A DNA stretch of 64,000 nt from a bacterium. GTDB taxonomy: Bacteria; Electryoneota; JAOADG01. Under the pieces are notes generated by a model. It made no database searches. It was not told where the DNA came from and saw only the letters and a list, made by a program, of their open reading frames with translations. Location: contig OY820579.1 of the NCBI GenBank assembly GCA_963681965.1, positions 2,256,835 through 2,320,834 on the forward strand, read 5' to 3'. The translations under genes were made by a program, and so were the position numbers. Shown here piece by piece: positions 1 to 10,040 of the stretch; within the stretch, counting starts at the first letter, position 1; each line of letters opens with the position of its first letter.

Positions 1-52
1 CCCAAGAAAACAAGGGCGTATGCCATACGCCCCTACGATAGAAAAAAGGCAC

Positions 53-880
53 ATGGCAAAAGTCACCATCGATGGACAGCAAATTGATGTAGCAGACGGA
101 ATCACGATCCTCTGGGCAGCACGCCAGTTGGGACGCGACATTCCGACGTTCTGTTACTATCCGTGGTTCCCCCCGCAGGGGAATTGTCGGATCTGTCAGG
201 TCGAAGTGAAGGGGATGCCGAAACTCCAGATCTCGTGCAACATCCCGGTGCGTGATGGCATGGAGATCTTCACCGACAACGAGCGGGTATTGCAGGCACG
301 ACGCGCAGTGATGGAATTCTTGTTGATCAATCACCCCCTCGATTGCCCGATTTGCGATCAAGCCGGTGAATGCGACTTGCAGGATCTCGCCTTCCGGCAT
401 GGTGCCGCCGTCGGACGCTTCCGCGAAGCGAAACGAACGTTCCCGAAAGTCGATTACGGAGTGAAAATATCTCGCGAGATGAATCGCTGTATCCATTGCC
501 GTCGCTGTGTGAAGCTTGCCGAAGATTATATGGGTGTGTCGGTGATTGGCGCATTGGAACGCGGCGACCGTACCGAAATTGGTGCCTATATTGAAACGAT
601 CATCGACAGCCCGTATGCCGGTAACGTGATCGACATTTGTCCGGTCGGTGCGCTGACCGACAAGAAATTCCGATTTACCGCACGGGTGTGGGATCTTGAA
701 AATGTGAATGCGCATCGTCCCGATTGCGACAAGGGATGCAAGTGCAAATTGGGAATCTATCGCGGCAAGATTCATCGGGTCACGGCGCGATTCAATCAAT
801 ACGGTGTGATGGATGCGATGATCTGCGACGAATGTCGGTACAATCATTTCGATTTATCCGATTGGGTACTTGAGTTGTAG
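53..880 (+). CDS. nuoG: NuoG-like iron-sulfur protein (2Fe-2S plus 4Fe-4S binding region only, no large C-terminal domain)
   Basis: Cys motifs CYYPWFPPQGNCRICQV, HPLDCPICDQAGECDLQD and CIHCRRCVKL; directly upstream of nuoH. Track ORF starts at 20 inside a palindromic repeat, so start moved to Met12. Confidence 0.7.
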   Translation: MAKVTIDGQQIDVADGITILWAARQLGRDIPTFCYYPWFPPQGNCRICQVEVKGMPKLQISCNIPVRDGMEIFTDNERVLQARRAVMEFLLINHPLDCPICDQAGECDLQDLAFRHGAAVGRFREAKRTFPKVDYGVKISREMNRCIHCRRCVKLAEDYMGVSVIGALERGDRTEIGAYIETIIDSPYAGNVIDICPVGALTDKKFRFTARVWDLENVNAHRPDCDKGCKCKLGIYRGKIHRVTARFNQYGVMDAMICDECRYNHFDLSDWVLEL

Positions 881-1603
881 GTCGGAATTTATTCCGACAT
901 CATTTGATCTTTTTCATCTGTCATTGCGAAGCCCCGCAGGGGCTGTGGCAATCTATCATGTGATCTTTATTATTTTTGTATCCTGATTTGTCGTTGCGAG
1001 GACTGCAGCGAAGGAACGTGCGTAGCACTTCCGAAGCGGAAGGACGAAGCAATCTATCTTGTGATCTTTGTTATTTCATCTTGAAGTAGGGGCGGATCCC
1101 CGCATCCGCCCGTATCTTGTTCTTTTTTATCTTTTGATTTTTATTTCCGTAGGGGCGTATGGCATACGCCCTAAGCGGCAGGTAGCACCTGACGCAGATC
1201 TTTATGTAAGACACGGGCGGTTCGCGAACCGCCCCTACCAAAAACAATTTGGGCGTTTGCCCTATGTTGGAGGTGGGGCTTCAGCCCCGCCACATTGAAA
1301 TCTTTTTCTGTCATGCGAAGCCCCGCAGGGGCTGTGGCAATCTATCTTGTGATCTTTATTATTTTTGTATCCTGATTTGTCGTTGCGAGGACTGCAGCGA
1401 AGGAACGTGCGTAGCACTTCCGAAGCGGAAGGACGAAGCAATCTATCTTGTGATCTTTTCGTAGGTACAGACACTCTTGTCTGTACACGTCTGCCGAAGT
1501 CAGACACAACAATATGGTCGACAGACAAAAGTGTCTGTCGCTACTGAAAAGACACGGGCAGTTCGCGAACCGCCCCTACCAAAAAAAATAGGAAGAATAA
1601 TTC
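881..1603. repeat. REP/BIME-like cluster of GC-rich palindromic hairpins between nuoG-like and nuoH
   Basis: Contains gtcggaatttattccgac, gtaggggcgtatggcatacgccc, gggcggttcgcgaaccgcccctacc and two copies of a ~70-nt element tgtcgttgcgaggactgcagcgaaggaacgtgcgtagcacttccgaagcggaaggacgaagcaatc; the same modules recur window-wide. Confidence 0.8.
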
Positions 1604-2656
1604 GTGACCGATTTTCTCTGGCTAATCGTCGAAAAAGCGATCTTCAGCGTCTGTTTGCTAGGCTTCATCATGGGCTTTGCATCCTATGCGACGCTGGCAG
1701 AGCGCCGAATCGCGAGCTGGATGCAGGATCGAATCGGACCGAATCGCGCTGGACCGTGGGGCTTGTTCCAACCGATCGCGGACGGCGTCAAGTTCTTCAC
1801 CAAAGAGGATATCATCCCGGCGAATGTGCACAAAGCGTTTTATCTGCTCGCTCCGGGGATCGCCGCAATCCCGCCGCTGATGCTGGCTGCCGCGATTCCG
1901 TGGGGATATCAATTCGAGCTGTACGGTCGCGTGATTCAATTGCAGATGATCAATCTCAACATCGGAATTCTCTATATTTTCGCCTTCGCCTCGATCGGCG
2001 TCTACGGCGTGATGTTGGGCGGTTGGGCATCGAATAATAAATTCTCGCTGATGGGCGGGCTGCGTGCCAGCAATCAGATGATCTCGTACGAATTGGCGCA
2101 GGGCACTGCTGTCGTCGGTGTCTTGATCCTTGCCGGAACACTGTCGCTGCAGGATATCGTGGTGCAACAGGACACCGTCACCCGCTGGTTTGTCTGGCGA
2201 CAACCGATAGGGTTCTTCCTGTTTTTTGTCACGTCGCTGGCAGAATGTGCGCGTGTTCCCTTTGATCTTCCGGAAGCGGAAAATGAATTGGTCGGCGGAT
2301 ATCACACGGAATACAGTTCGATGAAATTCGGTCTGTTCCAGGTGTCGGAATACATCCACATGACGGTGACCGGCGGTTTGATTTCGGTGTTGTACTTCGG
2401 CGGTTGGCAAATCCCGTTCGTGCACATGACCGATCAACCGACGATTCTGATGGCGCTGCTCGGTTTCGGTGCGATGGTTGCGAAGACTGCGTTCTTTGTG
2501 TTTGTGTTCATGTGGTTGCGCTGGACACTGCCGCGCTTCCGCTACGATCAGTTGTTGCGTCTCGGCTGGAAAGTCTTGCTGGAAGCCGCATTCATCTGGG
2601 TAATTATCACTGCGATTTTAGTTTTGGCGTGGCCATTCTATACCACGTGGTTTTAG
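1604..2656 (+). CDS. nuoH: NADH-quinone oxidoreductase subunit H
   Basis: 350-aa multi-TM protein with typical NuoH/ND1 sequence; operon position; GTG start as in track. Confidence 0.9.
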   Translation: MTDFLWLIVEKAIFSVCLLGFIMGFASYATLAERRIASWMQDRIGPNRAGPWGLFQPIADGVKFFTKEDIIPANVHKAFYLLAPGIAAIPPLMLAAAIPWGYQFELYGRVIQLQMINLNIGILYIFAFASIGVYGVMLGGWASNNKFSLMGGLRASNQMISYELAQGTAVVGVLILAGTLSLQDIVVQQDTVTRWFVWRQPIGFFLFFVTSLAECARVPFDLPEAENELVGGYHTEYSSMKFGLFQVSEYIHMTVTGGLISVLYFGGWQIPFVHMTDQPTILMALLGFGAMVAKTAFFVFVFMWLRWTLPRFRYDQLLRLGWKVLLEAAFIWVIITAILVLAWPFYTTWF

Positions 2657-2959
2657 TATGGTCGGCGGGAGACACGTGTCCCGAGTAGTTTTGGAGGTGG
2701 GGTTTTAACCCCGCCAGATTTGAAATCTTTTTTCTGTCATTGCGAAGCCCCGCAGGGGCTGTGGCAATTGATCTTTTTGATCTTGTAGTAGGGACGGATC
2801 CCCGTATCCGCCCGCTCTTTTGATCTTTTGTATTTTGTCATTTTTTCCGTAGGGGCGAATCGCATTCGCCCCAAGCGGCAGGCAGCGCCTGACGCAGTAT
2901 TGTGGACACGGGCGATTCGCGAACCGCACCTACCAAAATCGAAAGAATAAATATCGAAT
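2657..2959. repeat. REP-like hairpin cluster (nuoH-nuoI intercistronic)
   Basis: ggaggtggggttttaaccccgcc, cattgcgaagccccgcaggggctgtggcaat, gtagggacggatccccgtatccgcccg, ccgtaggggcgaatcgcattcgcccc, gggcgattcgcgaaccgcacctacc. Confidence 0.75.
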
Positions 2960-3460
2960 ATGGCGATCAAGGTTTCTGAAAATAAATGGAAAATGACGTG
3001 GGGAGAGCGTCTCTACATCGCGCCGATCTGGGCGGGGATGCGGGTCACGCTGCGCCATTTATTCATGAAGAAATCTACCATCCCGTATCCGGAAGTAAAG
3101 GCGCCTGTATCGCCGCGCTGGCGCGGTCGGCACGTGTTGAAGCGCAACGAATTGGGTCAGGAACGCTGTGTCGGTTGTCAGATGTGCGAGCTGGCATGTC
3201 CTGCCGATGCGATCTATATCGAAGCGGCGGAAGTACCGCCGGAGAAGCGGCACGAACATCCGACCGAACGCTACGCGAAAGTATATGATATCGATATGTT
3301 GCGTTGTATCTTCTGCGGAATGTGCGAAGAGGCATGCCCGGAAGCGGCAATTTTCCTGACACCATTCTATGAAATTTGTGACGACAGCCGCGAGAAACTG
3401 ATTTACCACAAGGAGATGCTGACCGAAAAAGTCGGCGGACCGATCTGGTATAAGTTATAG
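2960..3460 (+). CDS. nuoI: NADH-quinone oxidoreductase subunit I (2x 4Fe-4S ferredoxin)
   Basis: Two CxxCxxCxxxCP motifs (CVGCQMCELACP, CIFCGMCEEACP); 166 aa; operon context. Confidence 0.9.
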   Translation: MAIKVSENKWKMTWGERLYIAPIWAGMRVTLRHLFMKKSTIPYPEVKAPVSPRWRGRHVLKRNELGQERCVGCQMCELACPADAIYIEAAEVPPEKRHEHPTERYAKVYDIDMLRCIFCGMCEEACPEAAIFLTPFYEICDDSREKLIYHKEMLTEKVGGPIWYKL

Positions 3461-3960
3461 GTGTTGGGTGGTAGGTTGTGGGTGTTGGGCAGTAGGGGCA
3501 ACCCACTGCGATCGCCCACCTTTGAAATCTTTTTTCCGTAGGGGCGTATCGCATTCGCCCCAAGCGGCAGGCAGCACCTGACGCAGATGTATATACGGAA
3601 GATAGAAGCGATGCGTGATCGCCTCTATCATAAAGAACCGGGCGTATGTTCTTCACCCGGAGGTGGGGCTTCAGCCCCGCCACAGCTTGTTCTTTTTTTA
3701 TCTTGTATCCTGATTTGTCGTTGCGAGGACTGCAGCGAAGGAACGTGCGTAGCACTTCCGCAGCGGAAGGACGAAGCAATCTATTTTGTGATCTTTCCGT
3801 AGGTACAGACACTCTTGTCTGTACATGTCTGCCGAAGGCAGACACAACAAATGTGGTCGACCGACAGGAGTGTCTGTCGCTACGGAAAAAAAACGGGCAA
3901 TCAGTATTCGCCCACAGCGAACAAAATTCGCACTAATTATTGACGAGAACTATTGAAACA
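3461..3960. repeat. REP-like hairpin cluster (nuoI-nuoJ intercistronic)
   Basis: ccgtaggggcgtatcgcattcgcccc, ggaggtggggcttcagccccgcc, the ~70-nt cgttgcgagg...gaagcaatc element, gtaggtacagacactcttgtctgtac hairpin. Confidence 0.75.
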
Positions 3961-4515
3961 ATGAATATCGACTCAACCACCATCGTCTTTTCGATCTTAT
4001 CCATCGTCGCGATCTTTTCCGCGATCATGGTGATCTCGCGCGCGAATCCGGTCGCGAGCGTATTGTGGTTGGTGTTGAATTTCTTTGCGCTGGCAGGCTT
4101 GTATGTCCTGCTCGGTGCGCATTTCCTCGCGGCGGTACAGATTATCGTATATGCCGGTGCGATCATGGTGTTGTTCCTATTTGTGGTGATGATGCTGAAC
4201 CTGAATACGATCGGTTCATTCGAACGCAGCGGACTCGCACTGCGTGTCGTGGGTGCGTTGATTGCCGGACTGATGTTGGTGATGATCGCGTTCATGGTGC
4301 GGCAGGATGTCAATTTCACGACGCCGGTTTCGCACACGCAATTTGCGATGGGAAGCGCCAAAGCGATCGGACTCGTGCTCTTCGATCAGTGGACGTTGCC
4401 GTTCCAGATTGTCGGTGTCATGATGTTGGCAGCCATCATCGGTGTCGTGGCGTTGGTGAAGCGCGAGCATGTGTCGAAGCCGCTCAGCGATCCTAGCGGA
4501 GGATCGGAACAATGA
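3961..4515 (+). CDS. nuoJ: NADH-quinone oxidoreductase subunit J
   Basis: Hydrophobic NuoJ-like protein; start moved from TTG (track 3940) to ATG at Met8; stop overlaps nuoK start (ATGA). Confidence 0.85.
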   Translation: MNIDSTTIVFSILSIVAIFSAIMVISRANPVASVLWLVLNFFALAGLYVLLGAHFLAAVQIIVYAGAIMVLFLFVVMMLNLNTIGSFERSGLALRVVGALIAGLMLVMIAFMVRQDVNFTTPVSHTQFAMGSAKAIGLVLFDQWTLPFQIVGVMMLAAIIGVVALVKREHVSKPLSDPSGGSEQ

Positions 4516-4823
4516 CCGGACCCATCGGACTGGAACACTATCTGGTATTGTCTGCGGTGTTGTTCTTTATCGGCGTTGCCGGTGTGCTGACACGACGCAA
4601 TGCCATCATCATTTTTATGTCGGTCGAATTGATGCTCAATAGCGTCAATCTGACGCTGGTTGCGTTTTCATCGTATCTGAAAAGCCCGACCGGACAGGTC
4701 TTTGCCTTTTTCGTGATTGCAGTTGCCGCCGCGGAAGTCGCCATCGGACTCGCAATCATTATTACCGTCTATCGCAATCGCAAGTCGATTCATATCGACG
4801 ATGTGAATCTGTTGAAAGAATAA
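4512..4823 (+). CDS. nuoK: NADH-quinone oxidoreductase subunit K
   Basis: 103-aa three-TM NuoK-like protein; translationally coupled to nuoJ. Confidence 0.9.
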   Translation: MTGPIGLEHYLVLSAVLFFIGVAGVLTRRNAIIIFMSVELMLNSVNLTLVAFSSYLKSPTGQVFAFFVIAVAAAEVAIGLAIIITVYRNRKSIHIDDVNLLKE

Positions 4824-5059
4824 TTTTTGGTGTTTTCCGTAGGGGCGTATGGCATACGCCCTGAGCGGCAGGCAACGCCTGACGCAGGTCTTTAAAAAAT
4901 TGAAGATGCGGGCGGTTCGCGAACCGCCCCTACCATGAAAAATGATTTGGGCGTATGCCATACGCCCCTACGGAAAGATAGATTGCCACAGCCCCTACGG
5001 GGCTTCGCAATGACAAATAATTCATCAACAACTCGAAACCAGGAATCGTCTGTAACGTA
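4824..5059. repeat. REP-like hairpin cluster (nuoK-nuoL intercistronic)
   Basis: ccgtaggggcgtatggcatacgccc twice in opposite orientations, gcgggcggttcgcgaaccgcccctacc, cccctacggggcttcgcaatg. Confidence 0.8.
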
Positions 5060-7048
5060 ATGGAAACTGCCGTTAACACTGCCAACTGGAATTATTTGAT
5101 CCTCATCCCGCTGCTTCCGCTCGCGGGCGTGTTGATCAATCTCCTGTGCTACAAAGCGAAATTGCCCGAGAAAGCAGTCGGCTGGTTCGCTTCATTGACA
5201 GTACTTTCCAGTTTCGCATTGTCGCTGATGGCATTCATCCAACTTCGCGCATTGACACCCGAACATCGTTCGATCGAAGTCGTCTTCCTGAAATGGATCG
5301 AAGTCGGTTCGCTCCATCTCGATTGGGCAATCCTGCTCGATCCTCTCTCGTCGCTGATGATGCTGATCATCACCGGTGTCGGCGGTGTGATCCATATTTA
5401 CTCCATCGGCTATATGCACGGCGACAAGAGCTTCAGCCGCTTCTTCATCTATCTCAATCTATTCGTCTTCTTCATGCTCTGGTTGGTGATGGGTAACTCC
5501 TTCGCCACCATGTTCATCGGTTGGGAAGGGGTCGGGCTCTGTAGCTACCTGCTCATCGGTTTCTGGTTCACCGATATGGCGAAAGCGAGTGCCGGAAAGA
5601 AAGCATTCGTCGTCAATCGCATCGGCGACTGGGGCTTTTTGCTGGCAATGCTGCTGCTATTCACGACATTCGGTTCGCTGCAATTCACCAAAGTGTTACC
5701 CGCTGCATTCGAGCAATATCCCAATGGCGCTCCGGTTATCACCGCGATCGCGCTGTTGTTCTTTGTCGGTGCTTGCGGTAAGTCGGCTCAGATTCCGCTC
5801 TACATCTGGCTCCCCGACGCCATGGCAGGTCCCACGCCGGTTTCTGCCTTGATCCATGCCGCCACGATGGTTACCGCCGGTGTCTATATGGTAGCGCGTG
5901 CCAATATCCTCTTTTCGCTGTCGCCGATTGCGATGCAGACGGTTGCAACGATCGGAGCGCTGACTGCGCTGTTTGCCGCGACGATCGGTTTGCGGCAGTG
6001 GGATATCAAGAAAGTGCTCGCCTATTCCACCGTGTCCCAGCTCGGATTCATGTTCCTCGGTGCCGGCGTCGGTGCCTATGAGACCGGTATCGCGCATGTT
6101 ATGACGCATGCGTTCTTCAAAGCCTGTTTGTTCCTCGGTTCCGGTGCCGTCATTCACGCAATGGAGCATGCGTTCCATCACAGCAACGTGCACCTCGATC
6201 CGCAGGATATTCGCTATATGGGTGGGTTGCGCAAAAAGATTCCACTCACCTTCTGGACATTTTTGGTTGCGACGGTCGCAATTGCCGGTATCCCCGGATT
6301 CGCGGGCTTCTTCAGCAAGGACGAAATTCTTTGGAAGACCTATGCCAGCGGTCATGTGGTGCTCTGGATTATCGCCACAATCACTGCCGGACTGACCGCA
6401 TTTTACATGTTCCGGCTCGTCTTCCTGACTTTCTTCGGCACTTTCCGGGGTGGCGCCGACGTCGAACCGCACGTCAAGGAAGTATCGCCACTGATGACCG
6501 GTGTCCTGATCGTGTTGGCATTCTTCTCGGTCTTTGGTGGTCATTTGGCAATTCCCGAATCGCTTGGTGGTCATTTCGTTATCGGCGAGTGGTTGGAACC
6601 GGTCGTAGCGAATTCCCGCTCGCTGGCAACGCTCGCATTCTATAAAGAGCACCATCCATTATCGTTGGAACTCGGCTTGATGGCGCTTTCCGTCGTCGTC
6701 GCACTGATCGGTATCGGCATCGCCGCGCTGCTCTACTGGCGTAAGAAGCAGGATCGCGAAGTATTGCTCCGCCGCGCTACCGGCTATGCCAATGTGCTGG
6801 AAAATAAATATTGGGTCGATGAGATCTACGAAATGCTTATCGTCAAACCGCTCTACAATCTGTCGGTGTTCTTCTGGAAAGTTGCCGACGGGATGGCGAT
6901 CGACGGATTCATCAACGGTACCGGTCGCTTGGTCGATGCGATCGGCGGTAGTTTGCGCCGGCTTCAAACCGGATTTATTTCCAATTACGCTTTACTCATG
7001 TCGGTCGCGATCGCATTTGTCGTCGGCTGGATGTTGTTCGGACGCTAG
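5060..7048 (+). CDS. nuoL: NADH-quinone oxidoreductase subunit L
   Basis: 662-aa antiporter-like subunit with typical NuoL/ND5 sequence. Confidence 0.9.
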   Translation: METAVNTANWNYLILIPLLPLAGVLINLLCYKAKLPEKAVGWFASLTVLSSFALSLMAFIQLRALTPEHRSIEVVFLKWIEVGSLHLDWAILLDPLSSLMMLIITGVGGVIHIYSIGYMHGDKSFSRFFIYLNLFVFFMLWLVMGNSFATMFIGWEGVGLCSYLLIGFWFTDMAKASAGKKAFVVNRIGDWGFLLAMLLLFTTFGSLQFTKVLPAAFEQYPNGAPVITAIALLFFVGACGKSAQIPLYIWLPDAMAGPTPVSALIHAATMVTAGVYMVARANILFSLSPIAMQTVATIGALTALFAATIGLRQWDIKKVLAYSTVSQLGFMFLGAGVGAYETGIAHVMTHAFFKACLFLGSGAVIHAMEHAFHHSNVHLDPQDIRYMGGLRKKIPLTFWTFLVATVAIAGIPGFAGFFSKDEILWKTYASGHVVLWIIATITAGLTAFYMFRLVFLTFFGTFRGGADVEPHVKEVSPLMTGVLIVLAFFSVFGGHLAIPESLGGHFVIGEWLEPVVANSRSLATLAFYKEHHPLSLELGLMALSVVVALIGIGIAALLYWRKKQDREVLLRRATGYANVLENKYWVDEIYEMLIVKPLYNLSVFFWKVADGMAIDGFINGTGRLVDAIGGSLRRLQTGFISNYALLMSVAIAFVVGWMLFGR

Positions 7049-7062
7049 GGGTGTACTAAAGC

Positions 7063-8565
7063 ATGATGCCGTTACTCAGTACACTGATTATGATCCCGCT
7101 GATTGGCGCAGTAGCCATGCTGCTCCTGCCTCGACGCGCCGAAACACTCCAGCGCGGGGTTGCGTTCCTGACCACCGCAGTGACCTTTGCACTGAGTCTG
7201 GGTCTCTGGTTCGGTTTCGATCGGAATACGCCCGGCTATCAGTTTATGGAGCGCTTCGAGTGGATTCCGTCACTTGGTATCACTTACATCGTCGGTATCG
7301 ACGGTATCAGCCTCCTGCTGATCCTGCTAACCACGCTGCTGATGCCGATCTGCATCCTCGCGTCGTGGGATCCGATCAAGACCCGCATCAAAGAATATTA
7401 TTTCAGCTTCCTGCTGCTTGAAGCCGCCATGATCGGCGTGTTTGCCGCACTCGACCTGTTCCTGTTCTATGTCTTCTGGGAATCGGTATTGATCCCGATG
7501 TACTTCCTGATCGGTATCTGGGGTGGTAAAAATCGGCTTTATGCCGCCATCAAGTTCTTCTTGTACACGTTGGTCGGCAGTTTGCTGATGTTGATCGGAA
7601 TTCTGTATCTCTATTTCAATTACGGGCACACCTTCGATCTGATTCATCTGTCTGCGATGTTGAAGCAACACCCGATTGCGTCGAATGTACAAATCTGGTT
7701 GTTTGCCGCATTCTCACTCGCATTCGCAATCAAAGTCCCGATGTTCCCATTCCACACTTGGTTGCCGGATGCGCACACCGAAGCGCCGACAGCCGGTTCG
7801 ATCATTCTGGCTGGTGTCCTGTTGAAGATGGGTACTTACGGTTTCGTGCGATTCTCGATTCCGCTGTTTCCCGATGCCACTAGCGTACTATCGCCGATTG
7901 TGGTTATTCTAGCCATCATCGGAATTATCTACGGCGCGCTTGTCGCAATGGTGCAGACCGATATCAAACGTCTGGTCGCATATTCATCGGTGAGTCACCT
8001 CGGCTTCGTGATGCTCGGACTCTTTGCATTGAATCATCAGGGTCTTTCCGGTGCCGTGCTGCAGATGGTCAATCACGGACTTTCCACTGGCGCCCTGTTT
8101 TTATTGGTCGGTGTTATTTACGAACGGCGCCATACCCGCGATATCGAAGCCTACGGCGGTATTGCCGCATCGATACCGGTATTCTCGACGATCTTCTTGA
8201 TTGTCACCATGTCGAGTATCGGTTTGCCGACTCTGAACGGCTTTGTCGGCGAATTTCTAATCCTGAATGGTGCCATGCAGGCGAGTTGGCAGTGGACGGC
8301 ATGGGCTGCCACCGGCGTGATTCTCAGTGCGATTTACATGCTATGGATGGTCCAGCGAGTATTCTTCGGACCGATCAAGCATGAAGAAAATCGCAATCTG
8401 AAAGATATGAATTGGAAGGAATTGGCTGCGGTGATTCCGCTACTGATCTTCATTGTGTGGATCGGTATTTATCCCGATACCTTCTTAAAAGTGTTGGATC
8501 TCCCGGTCGCGGATTTACTCTCGAACCGCACCGGAATTCATTTACAAACTTTATTACTGAAATAG
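7063..8565 (+). CDS. nuoM: NADH-quinone oxidoreductase subunit M
   Basis: 500-aa antiporter-like subunit (NuoM/ND4). Confidence 0.9.
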   Translation: MMPLLSTLIMIPLIGAVAMLLLPRRAETLQRGVAFLTTAVTFALSLGLWFGFDRNTPGYQFMERFEWIPSLGITYIVGIDGISLLLILLTTLLMPICILASWDPIKTRIKEYYFSFLLLEAAMIGVFAALDLFLFYVFWESVLIPMYFLIGIWGGKNRLYAAIKFFLYTLVGSLLMLIGILYLYFNYGHTFDLIHLSAMLKQHPIASNVQIWLFAAFSLAFAIKVPMFPFHTWLPDAHTEAPTAGSIILAGVLLKMGTYGFVRFSIPLFPDATSVLSPIVVILAIIGIIYGALVAMVQTDIKRLVAYSSVSHLGFVMLGLFALNHQGLSGAVLQMVNHGLSTGALFLLVGVIYERRHTRDIEAYGGIAASIPVFSTIFLIVTMSSIGLPTLNGFVGEFLILNGAMQASWQWTAWAATGVILSAIYMLWMVQRVFFGPIKHEENRNLKDMNWKELAAVIPLLIFIVWIGIYPDTFLKVLDLPVADLLSNRTGIHLQTLLLK

Positions 8566-8588
8566 TGCAACATTAGCGAAACAGATCG

Positions 8589-10040
8589 ATGACTGAAACA
8601 CTACTCACGCAACTGACGACATTGGGTCCGACACTATGGATTGCGGCACTGGCTATGCTGGCGCTGGTGATCGATTTGATCGTTCCCAAACATGAGCGCG
8701 ATATTAAATCAGTCGTGTTAGTCGGTCTCGCTCTGATTTTCCTCTTTACATTCAAGCGGGTTGGCAGTACCGGCGCTGCTTTCTACGGGTCGATCGTCCA
8801 AACCGATTTCACGACTTTCTTCGACTTGTTGTTTACCGCGATTGCCTTTTTTGTGATCATTCTTTCCGGCCCATATTTTCAGCGCACTGGTATGAAGCTG
8901 CTGGAAACGATGGTGCTGATGCTGTTTGCGACCTCCGGCGCTATGCTGATGACGCTCGCGAACGACATGCTCATTCTCTTCCTCGGTCTCGAATTGATGT
9001 CGATCTGTCTCTATGTACTGGCAGGAATGTTGCGAAATCGCGAGAAATCGAATGAAGGAGCGTTGAAATATTTCCTGTTGGGAGCATTTGCTACCGGGTT
9101 CTTCCTCTACGGTATCGCGCTGCTCTACGGTATCTCCGGTTCGACGTTGTATGGCGATATTTCCGCGTGGGTGCTGGGTCGCAATTTCTCGGTCGGTGGA
9201 CTGTTCTGGGCAGGTATCGGATTATTGCTGATCGGATTTTTCTTCAAGACTGCGACAGTACCCTTCCATTTCTGGGCACCCGATGCCTACGAAGGGGCAC
9301 CGACGCCCGTCACAGCATTTTTCAGTGCTACCCCGAAAGCCGCGGCATTCGCCGCTTTGATTAAAGTATTTGGCGTGGCGCTGCCGTCGGTGAATAGTGA
9401 AATATCCGATCTACTCGCGCTGTTTGCCATTCTGACGATGATCATCGGGAACTTTGTCGCGCTGCAACAATCTTCGGTCAAACGCATGTTGGCATATTCG
9501 TCGATTGCCCATGCCGGTTATTTACTGGTTGCAGTGGTCTCGGCAAGCAGCGACGGCTATTCCGCACTGATGCTGTATCTCGCGGCGTATGCGGCTACCA
9601 ATCTGGGTGCCTTCACCATTGCCTATCTGGTGAATCGCAAGAACGAAGGAAATTATAGTTTCGATAATTTCAACGGTCTGGGTGCGAAACATCCCTATTA
9701 TGCCATGATGATGGCGATCTTTATGATCTCGCTGGCGGGTATTCCCCCGACTGGTGGATTCATGGGGAAATACTACATCTTCTTTGCCGCGGTTCGTAGC
9801 GGTCACCTCTATTTGGCGATCGCGATGGCGCTGATTTCGGTTGTGTCGGTGTATTATTATCTTCGTGTGATTGTCCACATGTACATGAAACCGGCAGCAG
9901 AGAATTACGAATCGATCGACACGAACAAGGTGGTGGGGATTGCGTTACTTGGATGTGTCGCAGTGATCCTGCTGATCGGTGTCATGCCAGAGCCGTGGTT
10001 CCAGTGGCTGCAGGCGAGTGTCTGCGCCATCGGCATGTAA
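8589..10040 (+). CDS. nuoN: NADH-quinone oxidoreductase subunit N
   Basis: 483-aa antiporter-like subunit (NuoN/ND2); last gene of the operon. Confidence 0.9.
   Translation: MTETLLTQLTTLGPTLWIAALAMLALVIDLIVPKHERDIKSVVLVGLALIFLFTFKRVGSTGAAFYGSIVQTDFTTFFDLLFTAIAFFVIILSGPYFQRTGMKLLETMVLMLFATSGAMLMTLANDMLILFLGLELMSICLYVLAGMLRNREKSNEGALKYFLLGAFATGFFLYGIALLYGISGSTLYGDISAWVLGRNFSVGGLFWAGIGLLLIGFFFKTATVPFHFWAPDAYEGAPTPVTAFFSATPKAAAFAALIKVFGVALPSVNSEISDLLALFAILTMIIGNFVALQQSSVKRMLAYSSIAHAGYLLVAVVSASSDGYSALMLYLAAYAATNLGAFTIAYLVNRKNEGNYSFDNFNGLGAKHPYYAMMMAIFMISLAGIPPTGGFMGKYYIFFAAVRSGHLYLAIAMALISVVSVYYYLRVIVHMYMKPAAENYESIDTNKVVGIALLGCVAVILLIGVMPEPWFQWLQASVCAIGM

Noticed and set aside
881-1603. Short ORFs inside repeat clusters (e.g. 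1068-1298, 1249-1464, 12237-12650, 45028-45351, 57267-57731, 59239-59574)
   Set aside because: They are translations of palindromic repeats, occur on both strands of the same elements, and have biased low-complexity composition.
5696-6655. 319-aa minus-strand ORF inside nuoL and similar antisense ORFs (1658-2437 in nuoH; 7327-7692 in nuoM; 16657-17076, 17251-18120 and 18217-18960 in the glycosyltransferase; 28146-28796 and 30135-30683 in the C25 peptidase gene; 47769-48731, 49644-50282)
   Set aside because: They are antisense to well-supported genes with recognisable motifs and have Arg/Cys/His-rich composition typical of spurious reverse-frame ORFs.
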